Positions 49,183-59,490 of a DNA stretch of 64,000 nucleotides are shown piece after piece. The translations under genes were made by a program, and so were the position numbers. The notes under the pieces were generated by a model, which saw only the letters and a list, made by a program, of their open reading frames with translations, made no database searches and was not told the origin of the DNA. The stretch spans positions 384,001-448,000 of the forward strand of contig CAXXLZ010000001.1 in NCBI GenBank assembly GCA_963675595.2. Reading direction: 5' to 3'. Position 1 is the first letter of the stretch. Every line of letters begins with the position of its first letter. The stretch comes from Thermodesulfobacteriota bacterium (lineage in GTDB: Bacteria > Desulfobacterota > Desulfarculia > JACQYL01).

Positions 49183-50655
49183 GTGTTCGTCAATATGAGT
49201 CTGCGCGTTAAGATCGCGCTGCTGCTTTTCTTGTTGATAACGGTGACCCTTTCGGGCGCTTTTGTCACCATCTGGTATGCGGACCGAACGGACGAACTTT
49301 TCGGATCGGTGGCCGATCGGGACGTCAACGCCCTCAGAGCCGCGGAGGAACTTCAGCTCTCCTTGGCCATGCAAAAAGGGTATGTGACGTATTTCTACCT
49401 TTACGGTGAGCCTAAGTGGCTCGATGCTTTGAACGAATTTCATCATCGTTTCAAAGACCTCCTGACCACCGCGAGATCCACGGCGCGGTTGGACAGTGAA
49501 ATCGACATCTTGAACCGAATCGAATCCGGCTATGTTCGATATACGTTCTTCAGAAACCAAGTGATCAAGCTGTATGAGGAAGGGAATCGTGACAAAGGAG
49601 CGTTGCTGCACGAAGATGTGCGAGCACGCTTCCACGAGATCTACGGACTCTGCGATGAGTACAAGTCTCGATTTATCCGCAGCATCAGTGAGGCCAGGAA
49701 GCAGAGCAGCAAGAGGGTGGGCGCCATTACCAGCCTGGCCGTGGGGGCCAGTTTGGGGGTCTGCTTCCTGGGAGCGATTCTCGGCTATATTCTGTTTCAT
49801 CAGATTTTGTCCCCCATTCGCAGGCTGGCACTGGAGAGCAAACCGGAAACGCCTCGTAAAAGGGGCATCGACGACGAAGTGAAAGCGCTGAGTGAACGAG
49901 TCCACGGTCTCATGGAGGATGTGGACGCTACCAAGAACCGCCTTGAGGCGAGCCAGGAACACCTGATGCAGTCGGAGAAATGGGCGGTGGTGGGCAAACT
50001 CGCGGCCGGCATGGCACACAGCGTTAGGAACCCCCTCACATCGGTCAAGATGCGGCTTTTCTCCATCGGACGAAGTATGAACATGTCCGAAACGGAAAAG
50101 GAGGATTTCGAGGTTATTTACGAGGAAATTCGCCATATTGATACAATTGTCCAGAATTTTCTCGAATTCTCCCGACCGCCGAAGTTGAAGATGCAGGATG
50201 TGCACTTGTCGGAAGTGGTGGAGACAACGCTTCAATTACTGCGGCATCGCATGGAATCCTACGGCATCACGGTGGAGGTCAAAAAGGCGGAAGCGTCTCC
50301 CATGGTTCACGCAGATCCGGAACAGCTGAAGGAAGCCATGGTGAACTTACTGGTCAACGCCTGTGACGCCATGCGCGAGGGCGGGAAGATCATCATCGAG
50401 GAAGAGGCCCATAAGGGGGATGGGGAGGGCGCAGATGCCGTTATTCGGATTTCCGATACGGGTCCCGGTATTCCCGAGTCCGTGAGAGAAAAGGTTTTTC
50501 AGCCGTTCTTCAGCACCAAAGAGGAAGGAACCGGACTGGGACTCTGCATTTCGGCGAGAATCATAGAGAGCCATGGAGGTGCCCTGGATTTCACATCGGA
50601 AGAAGGAGTGGGAACAACCTTCATTATCAAGCTGAAAAGCAGCGCCCGCGGATAG
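49183..50655 (+). CDS. Membrane sensor histidine kinase with a four-helix-bundle periplasmic domain
   Basis: Two TM helices, AHSVRNPL H-box, NLLVNA, DTGPGI and GTGLGL. Confidence 0.93.
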   Translation: MFVNMSLRVKIALLLFLLITVTLSGAFVTIWYADRTDELFGSVADRDVNALRAAEELQLSLAMQKGYVTYFYLYGEPKWLDALNEFHHRFKDLLTTARSTARLDSEIDILNRIESGYVRYTFFRNQVIKLYEEGNRDKGALLHEDVRARFHEIYGLCDEYKSRFIRSISEARKQSSKRVGAITSLAVGASLGVCFLGAILGYILFHQILSPIRRLALESKPETPRKRGIDDEVKALSERVHGLMEDVDATKNRLEASQEHLMQSEKWAVVGKLAAGMAHSVRNPLTSVKMRLFSIGRSMNMSETEKEDFEVIYEEIRHIDTIVQNFLEFSRPPKLKMQDVHLSEVVETTLQLLRHRMESYGITVEVKKAEASPMVHADPEQLKEAMVNLLVNACDAMREGGKIIIEEEAHKGDGEGADAVIRISDTGPGIPESVREKVFQPFFSTKEEGTGLGLCISARIIESHGGALDFTSEEGVGTTFIIKLKSSARG

Positions 50656-50848
50656 TTTCGGGAATCGCCGTCGGTCGGGTTTTCTGTTCGGCCTCTGAGT
50701 CCGACCTCTCGGTGAGGCGGTGCGGCGCGCAGATCGCTCGCATGCGCCCGGTCCAAGCCCTGCGGCCGGGATCTTGAGGCCGTCGCTTGCCGTGGGAGGG
50801 CATATCCGGGCGGCTTGCGGACCATTGAATCGGGGAAGGGAGAACACG

Positions 50849-52282
50849 TTGTCGAAAATTCTGATCGTGGACGACGATGCTCAACTAAGGCAGAGCTTCA
50901 ACAAACTGCTTTGCCGGGAAGGTTATGACGTGGCCATGGCCGCGACGGGAGAGGCTGCGGTTTCCATGGTCCGCGAGTCTTCGCCCGATCTCGTCATTCT
51001 GGACGTCCGATTGCCGGGAATGGACGGTTTGGAGACATTGGAGGAGTTGCTGCAAATCGATTCCAGACTCCCCGTCATTATCATGACCGCGTACACCACT
51101 ACGGACACGGCAATCAAGGCGACCCAGAGGGGAGCCTTCGACTACGTTATCAAGCCCTTCGATATTCCGGATATTCTCAAGCTGATTCTTGAGGCCTTGG
51201 AAGTCAACAAGGCGATGCGGGCGCAGGGAGAGTCGGAATCTCAATTTGAGCCGGGTTCCATGGAAGGGCTGATCGGCACGAGCAAAGCCATGCAGGACGT
51301 CTACAAAGCCATCGGCCGAACGGCTTCATCGGACGCCACGGTTTTGATTCGAGGTGAGTCCGGCACGGGCAAGGAATTGGTGGCCCGGGCCATCTATCAA
51401 TACAGCAGACGATCGGACAAACCTTTTGTGGTCATCAATTGCGTTGCCATCCCCGACACCCTCCTGGAAAGCGAGCTTTTCGGGTACGAGAAGGGAGCGT
51501 TCACAGGAGCCCACAACCGCCATCTAGGCAAGATCGAATTGGGCCAACGCGGAACCGTTTTCTTCGACGAAATCGGGGACATGCCCATGGGAATTCAGGC
51601 TAAGGTCCTGAGGTTGCTGCAAGAGAAGAAAATCGAGCGCTTGGGCGGTGGAGGAGAAGTCATCCCGGTGGACGTTCGGATCATCGCGGCAACAAAGACC
51701 GATCTGGAGGCCGCCATAGAGCAGGGGAAATTCAGGGAGGATCTTTATTACCGGCTCAAAGTCGTCACCATTCAGCTTCCTCCTTTGCGGGAGCGGCCGG
51801 AAGACATTCCTCTGCTTGCGGATTTCTTTCTTTCTCGGTTCTCCACGGAACTGGGCTTTGAGAACCCCGGCGTCTCCGAAGAGGCCAAGAAGCTGCTCGG
51901 CGGATTGCCATGGCCCGGCAATGTGCGAGAGTTGGCCAACACCATGCAAAAGGCCTTGATCTTCAACAGAGGATGCCCCATTCGACCGGAGGACATCTCT
52001 CCGGTGATGAACGGCAGGGAACCTCAGTCGGGACTCAAAGAGAGCGAAGTGGAGGAAGTGCTTCGAAAATGGGTCCGGCAAAGGTTGGTCACAGGTTTCG
52101 AAGACAATCTCTTCGATGTTCTCATGGACGGTTTCGGCAGCGCTCTCGTGGGTGAAGCCTTGGAGCTGTCCGGGGGCAACCGGAGCCGTGCCGCCAAAAT
52201 GCTGGGCATTTCGCGCCCCACTCTTCAGTCGAAAATCGAAAAGTATCATTTGAGGATCGACGCTTCCATCAAGCAGGAGTGA
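50849..52282 (+). CDS. NtrC-family sigma-54-dependent response regulator
   Basis: Receiver domain, [22 protein letters not shown] and Fis HTH; TTG start at 50849 after GGGAG. Confidence 0.95.
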   Translation: MSKILIVDDDAQLRQSFNKLLCREGYDVAMAATGEAAVSMVRESSPDLVILDVRLPGMDGLETLEELLQIDSRLPVIIMTAYTTTDTAIKATQRGAFDYVIKPFDIPDILKLILEALEVNKAMRAQGESESQFEPGSMEGLIGTSKAMQDVYKAIGRTASSDATVLIRGESGTGKELVARAIYQYSRRSDKPFVVINCVAIPDTLLESELFGYEKGAFTGAHNRHLGKIELGQRGTVFFDEIGDMPMGIQAKVLRLLQEKKIERLGGGGEVIPVDVRIIAATKTDLEAAIEQGKFREDLYYRLKVVTIQLPPLRERPEDIPLLADFFLSRFSTELGFENPGVSEEAKKLLGGLPWPGNVRELANTMQKALIFNRGCPIRPEDISPVMNGREPQSGLKESEVEEVLRKWVRQRLVTGFEDNLFDVLMDGFGSALVGEALELSGGNRSRAAKMLGISRPTLQSKIEKYHLRIDASIKQE

Positions 52283-52710
52283 CTCGAACCGCCGCCCCTG
52301 CCACATCCTTTTCCACAACCCCTCCCTCCCCTGTTTCCGGCGGACGCCGGCCGATGATTCACCGCTTGGTTCATCACTGCTTCGACGCCGCGCCGTCCAT
52401 CGCGCTCCATCCTTTATGACGGGGTAACAACCCAACGATACTACGTCAATCGCGCCGGCCCGGGGACCACTCTCAGCGCCGCGACGATATCCAAACGAAG
52501 CGTTCTTGAGTCGGCCGGCATGGGGCTCACCCGCGCATTTCGGAAGGCCGATCTCGCAGTGTCCTTACCGCTTCCCACCGACACAGAATCTTTGCAATCT
52601 GTAAAAGAACTTGTCGCCGCAAATATTTCCCTCACCGTTTCATCCTGCCGATATTCGATAAAAGACCCGTTAAGTCAGATAGTTACGGATTTCCCGAGGG
52701 GATGGGGTTC

Positions 52711-52726
52711 TGGCACGAGGCTTGCT
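52711..52726 (+). promoter_or_regulatory. Sigma-54 (-24/-12) promoter
   Basis: TGGCACG-AGGC-TTGCT, exact consensus, about 35 bp upstream of the next gene. Confidence 0.85.
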
Positions 52727-52759
52727 CAAAATGCCGTAAACCCTAAAGAGGTCCGTGCG

Positions 52760-53185
52760 TTGGCTCAAGTTCCCTTAATTATGGTCGCAGACCGAAATCG
52801 CCACGTTCGCGAGCTGTTGCGGCGGGAGCTTTCTTCCCGCGGGTACGGGGTGTGCATCGCCAAGGACGATCGCGAGGTCTTTGAAAGCATTTCAGAGAAA
52901 ACGCCCGACCTGCTGGTTTTGGACCTGGAATTACCCTTTGACGGCGGGATGGCGATTTTGTCCAAGCTCAAAGCCATGGGTTCCGCGATCCAAGTCGTGG
53001 TTTACTCCTATGCCAATGATTTCATGCCGGACCCATCGATTTGTGATGTCTCGGCATTTGTGGAAAAGACGGAAAATACCGACAGGCTGCTCTCGGTGGT
53101 ATCGGAACTGATCCAAAAAAGAGAAGACGGAGGCGTTGTACAAGACTCCTTATGCCAACAAGAAACCGGTACAAAAGTTCGGTGA
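52760..53185 (+). CDS. Atypical single-domain response regulator
   Basis: MVADRN...PDLLVLDLELP...FVEK; TTG start at 52760 (ATG 52781 possible). Confidence 0.8.
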   Translation: MAQVPLIMVADRNRHVRELLRRELSSRGYGVCIAKDDREVFESISEKTPDLLVLDLELPFDGGMAILSKLKAMGSAIQVVVYSYANDFMPDPSICDVSAFVEKTENTDRLLSVVSELIQKREDGGVVQDSLCQQETGTKVR

Positions 53186-53189
53186 TCAA

Positions 53190-54908
53190 ATGAAAGAAGA
53201 TAATAACATACATCATTCCACGCGCTATTATAATTCAATCAAGAGAAATATGCTGGTAATGCTTTTGGTTGTTTCGCTTGGACCATTGGCTTCAGTAAGC
53301 GCAATCATATTATACCAGTTCCAGAAATCGTATTATGAAAAATCTACAGCTTTTCTAGAATTGTTGGTTCTTAAACATAAGCTCCAAATAGACAATTTTC
53401 TTTATGATAGGCTGTCCGATATTAAACTCCTGCTCGATATGACTAGCTTCGAGCAACTAACGGATGAAAGGTTCCTTGAGAAAACTCTTTTTGGATTACA
53501 GAAAAACTATGGCGGTGTGTTTGTCGATTTGGGGGTGATTGATCAGAACGGGCTCCAGGTGGCCTATGCGGGTCCCTTCAAGCTCGGCATGGTTGTCTAC
53601 TCCGACTCCACTTGGTTCCGTGAGGCGGTCAACAGCGACTCATTTGTCAGTGACGTGTTTATGGGATTTCGTGGCCTGCCGCACTTCATCGTGGCTGTTC
53701 GGAGACAATGGGAGGGGGAAACCTGGATTGTTCGAGCGACCATCGACTTTGTGGCGTTCAACTCGCTGGTTGAGCGCATCCAGATCGGCCGGACGGGTCA
53801 GGCTTACATCCTTAACAAAAAAGGGGAGTTCCAGACCCAGGTGCGTTCCAAAGCCATTTCAGCTAGCCTGTTGAGCCGGGAGTTTTCGGACAAGGAATTG
53901 AACGCGGGAGAGGTTCTGGTCGCCAGAAGGCATAACGATGCCGGGAAGGAGTTCATTTACGTCGTCACGGATTTGAAGAACGGCGATTGGATTCTGGTGT
54001 ACCAGCAGACGATCTCGGACTTCCTGGCGGGTTTTGAAACGGCCAGGGCGCTGTCCGTCCTGATCTTTATCATAGGCGGCTTATGTATTGTCGCTACCGC
54101 TTTCATTGTCTCCACCACCATGGTCAACCGGATCATCAAAACGGATCGAGAAAAGGAAATGATGAACGAGCAGGTGATTGAGGCGGGAAAGCTTGCGTCC
54201 GTGGGCGAATTGGCTGCGGGCATCGCTCACGAGATCAACAATCCTGTGGCGATCATGGTGGAGGAAGCGGGATGGATGGAAGACCTTCTCGAGGAAGAGG
54301 AACTGGCGGAGACGAAGAACGTCGAAGAGTTCAGAGCTTCTCTACTGCAAATCAGGAATCAAGGCAAACGTTGTAAGAACATAACCCACAAACTCTTGAG
54401 TTTTGCCCGCAAGACGGATCCCGAGGCCCGGGATATCGATGTGAATGAGTCTCTGGAAGAAGTGATCAATCTTTCGCGACAGCGGGCCAAGTACGGCAAT
54501 GTGGAAATCAGGATGAACCTGACCCCCGGATTGCCCAAGATCAAAGTATCGCCGTCGGAGTTTCAGCAAGTCTTGCTGAACCTGATCAATAACGCCTTGG
54601 ACGCCATGGACGGTAAAGGCGGCCGGCTCGAGCTCACTACCCGACTCGATGGGCGTTTTGTGGCGGTGGACGTATCGGATACGGGTCACGGGATTCCCAA
54701 AGCGGACCTGTCCAGAATCTTCAATCCTTTTTACACGACCAAACCCGTGGGTAAGGGAACGGGCCTGGGGCTCTCCATATGCTTTGGAATCATCAACAAA
54801 GTTGGCGGAGAGATCAAGGTGAGCAGTGCGGTGGGGGTCGGGACCACCTTCCACATAATGGTTCCCTTGTCCGTTAGGTTGGAAGAGGAAGCCGATTCGG
54901 CTTCCTAA
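53190..54908 (+). CDS. Sensor histidine kinase with a Cache-like periplasmic domain
   Basis: Two TM helices, AHEINNP, NLINNA, DTGHGI and GKGTGLGL. Confidence 0.93.
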   Translation: MKEDNNIHHSTRYYNSIKRNMLVMLLVVSLGPLASVSAIILYQFQKSYYEKSTAFLELLVLKHKLQIDNFLYDRLSDIKLLLDMTSFEQLTDERFLEKTLFGLQKNYGGVFVDLGVIDQNGLQVAYAGPFKLGMVVYSDSTWFREAVNSDSFVSDVFMGFRGLPHFIVAVRRQWEGETWIVRATIDFVAFNSLVERIQIGRTGQAYILNKKGEFQTQVRSKAISASLLSREFSDKELNAGEVLVARRHNDAGKEFIYVVTDLKNGDWILVYQQTISDFLAGFETARALSVLIFIIGGLCIVATAFIVSTTMVNRIIKTDREKEMMNEQVIEAGKLASVGELAAGIAHEINNPVAIMVEEAGWMEDLLEEEELAETKNVEEFRASLLQIRNQGKRCKNITHKLLSFARKTDPEARDIDVNESLEEVINLSRQRAKYGNVEIRMNLTPGLPKIKVSPSEFQQVLLNLINNALDAMDGKGGRLELTTRLDGRFVAVDVSDTGHGIPKADLSRIFNPFYTTKPVGKGTGLGLSICFGIINKVGGEIKVSSAVGVGTTFHIMVPLSVRLEEEADSAS

Positions 54909-54967
54909 TGAGCGCTGTGAACACCGGCGCTTGCCGGGAAGACATCGAGAACACGATAGGGGGTATC

Positions 54968-55399
54968 ATGGAGTCGACAAAAGTGATGTTGGTGGATGAC
55001 GAAGAGGCCTTCGTGCAGACCATGGAGAAAAGGATCACCCGGCGGGGACTTTCAGTGGTTACCGCGTCTAGTGGAAGGAAAGCCCTCGAGGTGATCAAAG
55101 GAAACAAAGACCTCGACGTTGTCATATTGGACGTCAAGATGCCGGAAATGGACGGCTTAGAGACGCTGAAGAGAATCAAGAGCGACTATCCTCTTGTGGA
55201 GGTCGTTATGCTCACCGGGCATGCCACCGTGGAGTCGGCCATAGAAGGGATGAAATTGGGGGCCTTCGATTACCTCATGAAGCCCTCCGACCTGGACCTG
55301 CTTCTCGCCAAGGTGAAGGAAGCCCACGACAAAAAGAAAGCTCACGAGCAGAAGATCATCGAAGCTCAACTCAAGGAGATCACCTCTCGTCGAGCTTGA
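54968..55399 (+). CDS. Single-domain response regulator
   Basis: LVDDE, ILDVKMP, LTGHA and YLMKP motifs. Confidence 0.93.
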   Translation: MESTKVMLVDDEEAFVQTMEKRITRRGLSVVTASSGRKALEVIKGNKDLDVVILDVKMPEMDGLETLKRIKSDYPLVEVVMLTGHATVESAIEGMKLGAFDYLMKPSDLDLLLAKVKEAHDKKKAHEQKIIEAQLKEITSRRA

Positions 55400-55815
55400 T
55401 GGGGAATCCGAGAATGGTTGGTACGCCCGAGAAATTCGACCGCCGAATCAGGGTCCTGCTCGTGGACGACGAGGAAGGGTACGTGCGGGTCCTCTCCAAA
55501 CGGATGCGGAAACGAAATATTGAAGTCACCTCGGCTCTCAGTGGTGAAGCGGCGATACGGGCCGTACGACGAGAAGACTTCGATGTGGCGGTCCTGGATC
55601 TGAAGATGGAGGACATGGACGGCATGGAAGTCCTCAAGATACTAAAAAAGATGGACCCTGATCTGGTGGTTGTCATGCTCACGGGACACGGTTCGGAGAC
55701 GGCGGCCAGGGAGGGAATCGCCATGGGAGCATCCGATTACCTGACCAAACCCTGTGACTTGGACGAACTACTGGCAAAAATCCGCAAAGCGCGCGGGAAC
55801 GTTCGTAACTGCTGA
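55396..55815 (+). CDS. Single-domain response regulator
   Basis: LLVDDE, VLDLKM, LTGHG and YLTKP motifs. Confidence 0.92.
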   Translation: MMGNPRMVGTPEKFDRRIRVLLVDDEEGYVRVLSKRMRKRNIEVTSALSGEAAIRAVRREDFDVAVLDLKMEDMDGMEVLKILKKMDPDLVVVMLTGHGSETAAREGIAMGASDYLTKPCDLDELLAKIRKARGNVRNC

Positions 55816-55851
55816 AGAGGATAAGGAATTCCGGATCGAGAGGGAGATGAC

Positions 55852-57438
55852 ATGAAGAAAATCTTGACCAATAAAGCCTTCCAGCTCTGTTTTGCAGTGA
55901 GTTTGGGGGTCATTGTCCTGTTGCTGCCCAGGCCGGAAGGAACCCGGTTCAAAATTGTCGGCGACGTGGACAAGAGTTTGGCAACGCAGGTAAGTTCGCA
56001 CTTCGAGTTGTTCTCGGAGGGCAAGAAAAAAGGGGACGGATATGTCCTGAAAGTCAAAGAACCCATCGGCCCTGAGTCTAATGCGCGGTACCTTGTGAAT
56101 CAGGCGGCCGCGTTGGACCTTCAGGGAGTTCAGGTCGATTACGTGGACGGCCTGTCTCCGAGAAGCAAGCGGTTTCTGGCCGTACTGGTTTTCTTGATTT
56201 TCTTGTTCGTGGTGGAAACCATTCCCCTCGAAATCACGGCGGCGCTCATCGGCGTCTTCCTGGTCGTCATGGGGGTCACGGACACCAAAGGAGCGTGGGC
56301 GCCGTATATGCACCCGGTGGTGGTGTTCATCATGTGTTGTCTGATCTTCGCCATCGCCTTGGACAAATCGGGACTGACCAAACGCCTGGGCTATTATATC
56401 GTGAAAAAAGCGGGCGATAGTGTGATCCGTTTTACTTTCATTCTCAGTATGGGGCTGGGAATCGCCTCAGCGGTGATGCACGACGCCGCGGCCACGGCCA
56501 TCGGGATCGTGACCATGCTGCCCATGATGCGTGCCGCGGGAATAGAACCTCAGTCCAACACGGCCAAATTTATGATGCTTTCTCTTCCCTTCGCCTGCTC
56601 TTGCGGAGGTATGGGCACCTTGATCGGAGGCGGTCGATGCATGGTGGCCGCCGCCTTTCTCAAGGAGTTCACGGGAATCGAGATTACCTTTCTGGACTGG
56701 ATTCTCTATGCCATGCCGGCGGCGATCATTACCGTTCCTCTGGCGGTTCTGATTGTCTATTTCGTATTCCGGCCCAATCCCAAGTACAGACTGCCTCAGT
56801 TCGATGAGGAGTTGGGGCCCCTGACTCCGCTGGAAAAGAAAACCTTGATCATCTCCGCCATTGTGTTTGCGCTCTGGTTGACCAAGAGCCTGCACGGTCT
56901 CCACTACTCCATCACGGGTATTCTGGCGGTGGCGGCGTTGGTGCTTTCCGGTGTCCTGAAATGGGAGGATATCCACACTCATCTGGAATGGGGTACGGCG
57001 CTGTTCATCTTCGGCGGGGGCATTTCCCTCGGTTTGGCCATGGGTGAATCCGGAGCCGCAGACTACTTCGCCAATCTGTTCTTCCCCTTGGTCAAAGGCG
57101 GCGGTTGGCTGTTGCTTTTCATCGGTATGGGAGTTTTCGGGGCCTTGGTGACCAACGCCATGGCCAATGTAGCTGCGGCGGCCTTGATTCTGCCCATCGT
57201 GATTCCCATGGCTCAGCTCGAGGGCGTAGACCCGAGGGTTCTGGCCATGGGGCTGGGAATGGCCACCTCGTTCGCCATGCTGCTGGTGATCGGTTGTCCG
57301 CCCAACGCCATCGCTTATAGCTACAGGTATTTCAAGGCTTCCGACTTGACCAAGGTGGGAGCCGTTGCGACTCCCATTCTGCTGGCGGCATTGGTTCTGG
57401 TGGCCGCGCTTTGGTGGCACATTCTTGGATTGGTGTAA
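55852..57438 (+). CDS. SLC13/DASS family anion (di/tricarboxylate or sulfate) transporter
   Basis: ETIPLEITA, GGMGTLIG, WGTALFIFGGGISLG, ANVAAA and GCPPNAIAY motifs. Confidence 0.9.
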   Translation: MKKILTNKAFQLCFAVSLGVIVLLLPRPEGTRFKIVGDVDKSLATQVSSHFELFSEGKKKGDGYVLKVKEPIGPESNARYLVNQAAALDLQGVQVDYVDGLSPRSKRFLAVLVFLIFLFVVETIPLEITAALIGVFLVVMGVTDTKGAWAPYMHPVVVFIMCCLIFAIALDKSGLTKRLGYYIVKKAGDSVIRFTFILSMGLGIASAVMHDAAATAIGIVTMLPMMRAAGIEPQSNTAKFMMLSLPFACSCGGMGTLIGGGRCMVAAAFLKEFTGIEITFLDWILYAMPAAIITVPLAVLIVYFVFRPNPKYRLPQFDEELGPLTPLEKKTLIISAIVFALWLTKSLHGLHYSITGILAVAALVLSGVLKWEDIHTHLEWGTALFIFGGGISLGLAMGESGAADYFANLFFPLVKGGGWLLLFIGMGVFGALVTNAMANVAAAALILPIVIPMAQLEGVDPRVLAMGLGMATSFAMLLVIGCPPNAIAYSYRYFKASDLTKVGAVATPILLAALVLVAALWWHILGLV

Positions 57439-57454
57439 TAGCCCGAAGGGTTTG

Positions 57455-57503
57455 GCTCGAACCCGAATGTTGCGCTCTTGCGAGGACACTTTCGGGTTCG
57501 AGC
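57455..57503 (+). other. Intercistronic hairpin with a 13-bp perfect stem
   Basis: gctcgaacccgaa ... ttcgggttcgagc, no U-tract, immediately before the next RBS. Confidence 0.7.
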
Positions 57504-57526
57504 TTCACGGTTGAGGAGATCGAATT

Positions 57527-57967
57527 ATGGTGCGAATTCCGACGAAGGTATTGGTCGTCGATGACGAAAAGGACTTTGTGGAAATGTTCACCATGCGCCT
57601 GGAAGACGCGGGTGAACGGGTCCGGAAGGCATACAGCGGCGAAGAGGGCCTGGAGGTTCTCGCCAAATCCGACATCGATGTGGTGATTCTGGATATCAAG
57701 ATGCCCGGAATGGACGGCATCGAAACGTTGAGGGAAATCAAACGGAGGTTTCCACTGGTGGAAGTGATCCTGCTCACGGGTCACGGAGCCGTGGACACGG
57801 CGGTGGAAGGAATGAAATTGGGGGCGTTCGATTATCTGAATAAGCCCGCCGAGTTCAAGGAGCTACTGGAGAAACTCACCGGAGCGCGCAAGCGTAAGGA
57901 TGAGCAGGAAGAAAGGATCCGGAAGGCGGAAGAACGTGGTCTTCTGAGGAGAACCGGAGAATTCTAA
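57527..57967 (+). CDS. Single-domain response regulator
   Basis: VVDDE, ILDIKMPG, LTGHG and YLNKP motifs. Confidence 0.93.
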   Translation: MVRIPTKVLVVDDEKDFVEMFTMRLEDAGERVRKAYSGEEGLEVLAKSDIDVVILDIKMPGMDGIETLREIKRRFPLVEVILLTGHGAVDTAVEGMKLGAFDYLNKPAEFKELLEKLTGARKRKDEQEERIRKAEERGLLRRTGEF

Positions 57968-58000
57968 GAAGGGTCGGTATGGGAACGGTCCAATTTTGAT

Positions 58001-58035
58001 CGGAGGGCGGGCCTATGGCCCGCCCTCCGCTTTTT
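58001..58035 (+). terminator. Intrinsic terminator
   Basis: cggagggcgggcc-tat-ggcccgccctccg followed by cttttt. Confidence 0.9.
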
Positions 58036-58083
58036 CTGATTGAACATAGTGTCGCGGCCTAATCCCATTGGGGAAGTCGGAAA

Positions 58084-59397
58084 TTGACAAAACTCCAACA
58101 GTCTGCGATTGTCATTTCCTTAATAGAAGGGGCTTCTGTGGCACGTTCGGAAAACTACATCTCGATCCCACTGGACGAAGACGGTCTCAGGATGAGAAAC
58201 CGTGTGTTGTCCGTGCTTCTGGACATGAGCAGCTTTTTGTCCGGCGACTGGAGCCTCCAGGAATTGTTGAACGGGGCGCTTTCGCGGCTGATGGAGGTGC
58301 TTCGTTTCGACGGCGGACGCATTTACCGTGTCGAGCGAGAGAGTGGATCCCTTCGTCTGGTCGCGTTTAAGGGACTGGAGCCCACCGGCCTGGAAAACAT
58401 GGCGATGGGAGAGGGATTTTCCGGGAGATCGGCCGAGAGTCGCTCGTTTCTCGCCCAACGCGTGGATGAGTTGGAGGATTGGGAGCGTGCCAACCTTCTA
58501 TCGCAAAAGGGCTTCAAAATCATTGTCTGTGTTCCCATGCTGGTGGGACACGATGTCGTGGGGGTGATGAACCTCGCATCACGCCGCGAGATCGGATTAA
58601 ATCAAGAAGATGTCGATCTGATGGTCGCCATGGCAAACCAGATCGCCGTAGCGGCGAGCCGGGTGGAGACCTACCAGGGGTTGCTCGCCGGACTTGAGGA
58701 GATCAAACAGAAGAATGAGACCATCAAGTTCATGACCTATTCGGCGTCTCACGATCTGAAGAGCCCGGCCACGGCGGTACTCGGCCTCGCCAGATTGCTT
58801 CGGAAACGGTATGCGGAGACACTGGCCGAAGCCGACAGGCAGATTTGCCTGCAGATCGAGAAGGCCGCCGAGCAGATGATTCGCCTTCTGGATGACTTGA
58901 ACGCTTATGCTAAGTCCAAAGAGTCCACCCTGAAGTACGAAGTGTGCCCCATGACCGAGGTTTTTGAAACCATCGCTCAGGAATTCGATTCGGTCTTGAA
59001 GGGAAAAAAGGTTCGATTTGAAGTTCCCGCCGAGCTTCCGGCCATTGTGGCCGATAAGATCGCGGTTTTGAGAATTTTTAGGAACCTGACGGACAATGCA
59101 CTCAAGTACGGAGGGCCTGATTTGCGGAACGTGGTCGTCCGCTATAATGAAGATAAGGACGCCCATATTTTTTCGGTTGTGGACGATGGTGTGGGCCTGT
59201 CCAGGGAGGGCATGGAACTTATTTTTGAACCGTTCCGTCGGTATGAAACTTCAAAAGGGACCGAAGGAACCGGTCTGGGGCTCGCCATCGTCCAGGAACT
59301 CGCCAAACGCCACCAAGGTACCCTGGCCGTCAGTTCGGACCCCGGTAAAGGGGCCACATTCAGGGTGACTTTCTCCAAGACTCTGATACCTTCTTGA
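58084..59397 (+). CDS. Cytoplasmic GAF-domain sensor histidine kinase
   Basis: GAF region (CVPMLVG..VVGVMNL), SHDLKSP, NLTDNALKY and GTGLGL; start uncertain. Confidence 0.9.
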   Translation: MTKLQQSAIVISLIEGASVARSENYISIPLDEDGLRMRNRVLSVLLDMSSFLSGDWSLQELLNGALSRLMEVLRFDGGRIYRVERESGSLRLVAFKGLEPTGLENMAMGEGFSGRSAESRSFLAQRVDELEDWERANLLSQKGFKIIVCVPMLVGHDVVGVMNLASRREIGLNQEDVDLMVAMANQIAVAASRVETYQGLLAGLEEIKQKNETIKFMTYSASHDLKSPATAVLGLARLLRKRYAETLAEADRQICLQIEKAAEQMIRLLDDLNAYAKSKESTLKYEVCPMTEVFETIAQEFDSVLKGKKVRFEVPAELPAIVADKIAVLRIFRNLTDNALKYGGPDLRNVVVRYNEDKDAHIFSVVDDGVGLSREGMELIFEPFRRYETSKGTEGTGLGLAIVQELAKRHQGTLAVSSDPGKGATFRVTFSKTLIPS

Positions 59398-59490
59398 ACC
59401 ATCGGTTCACGGCGCATTCGAAAGAAAATCGCGGCGGAGGTACGGAGAGGCAATCGCCGGCACCTACCCCCTTAGAAAGAAGGAATCCCG

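Noticed and set aside
48979-50235. 418-aa minus-strand ORF
   Set aside because: Antisense to the histidine kinase gene
56467-57489. 340-aa minus-strand ORF
   Set aside because: Antisense to the SLC13 permease gene
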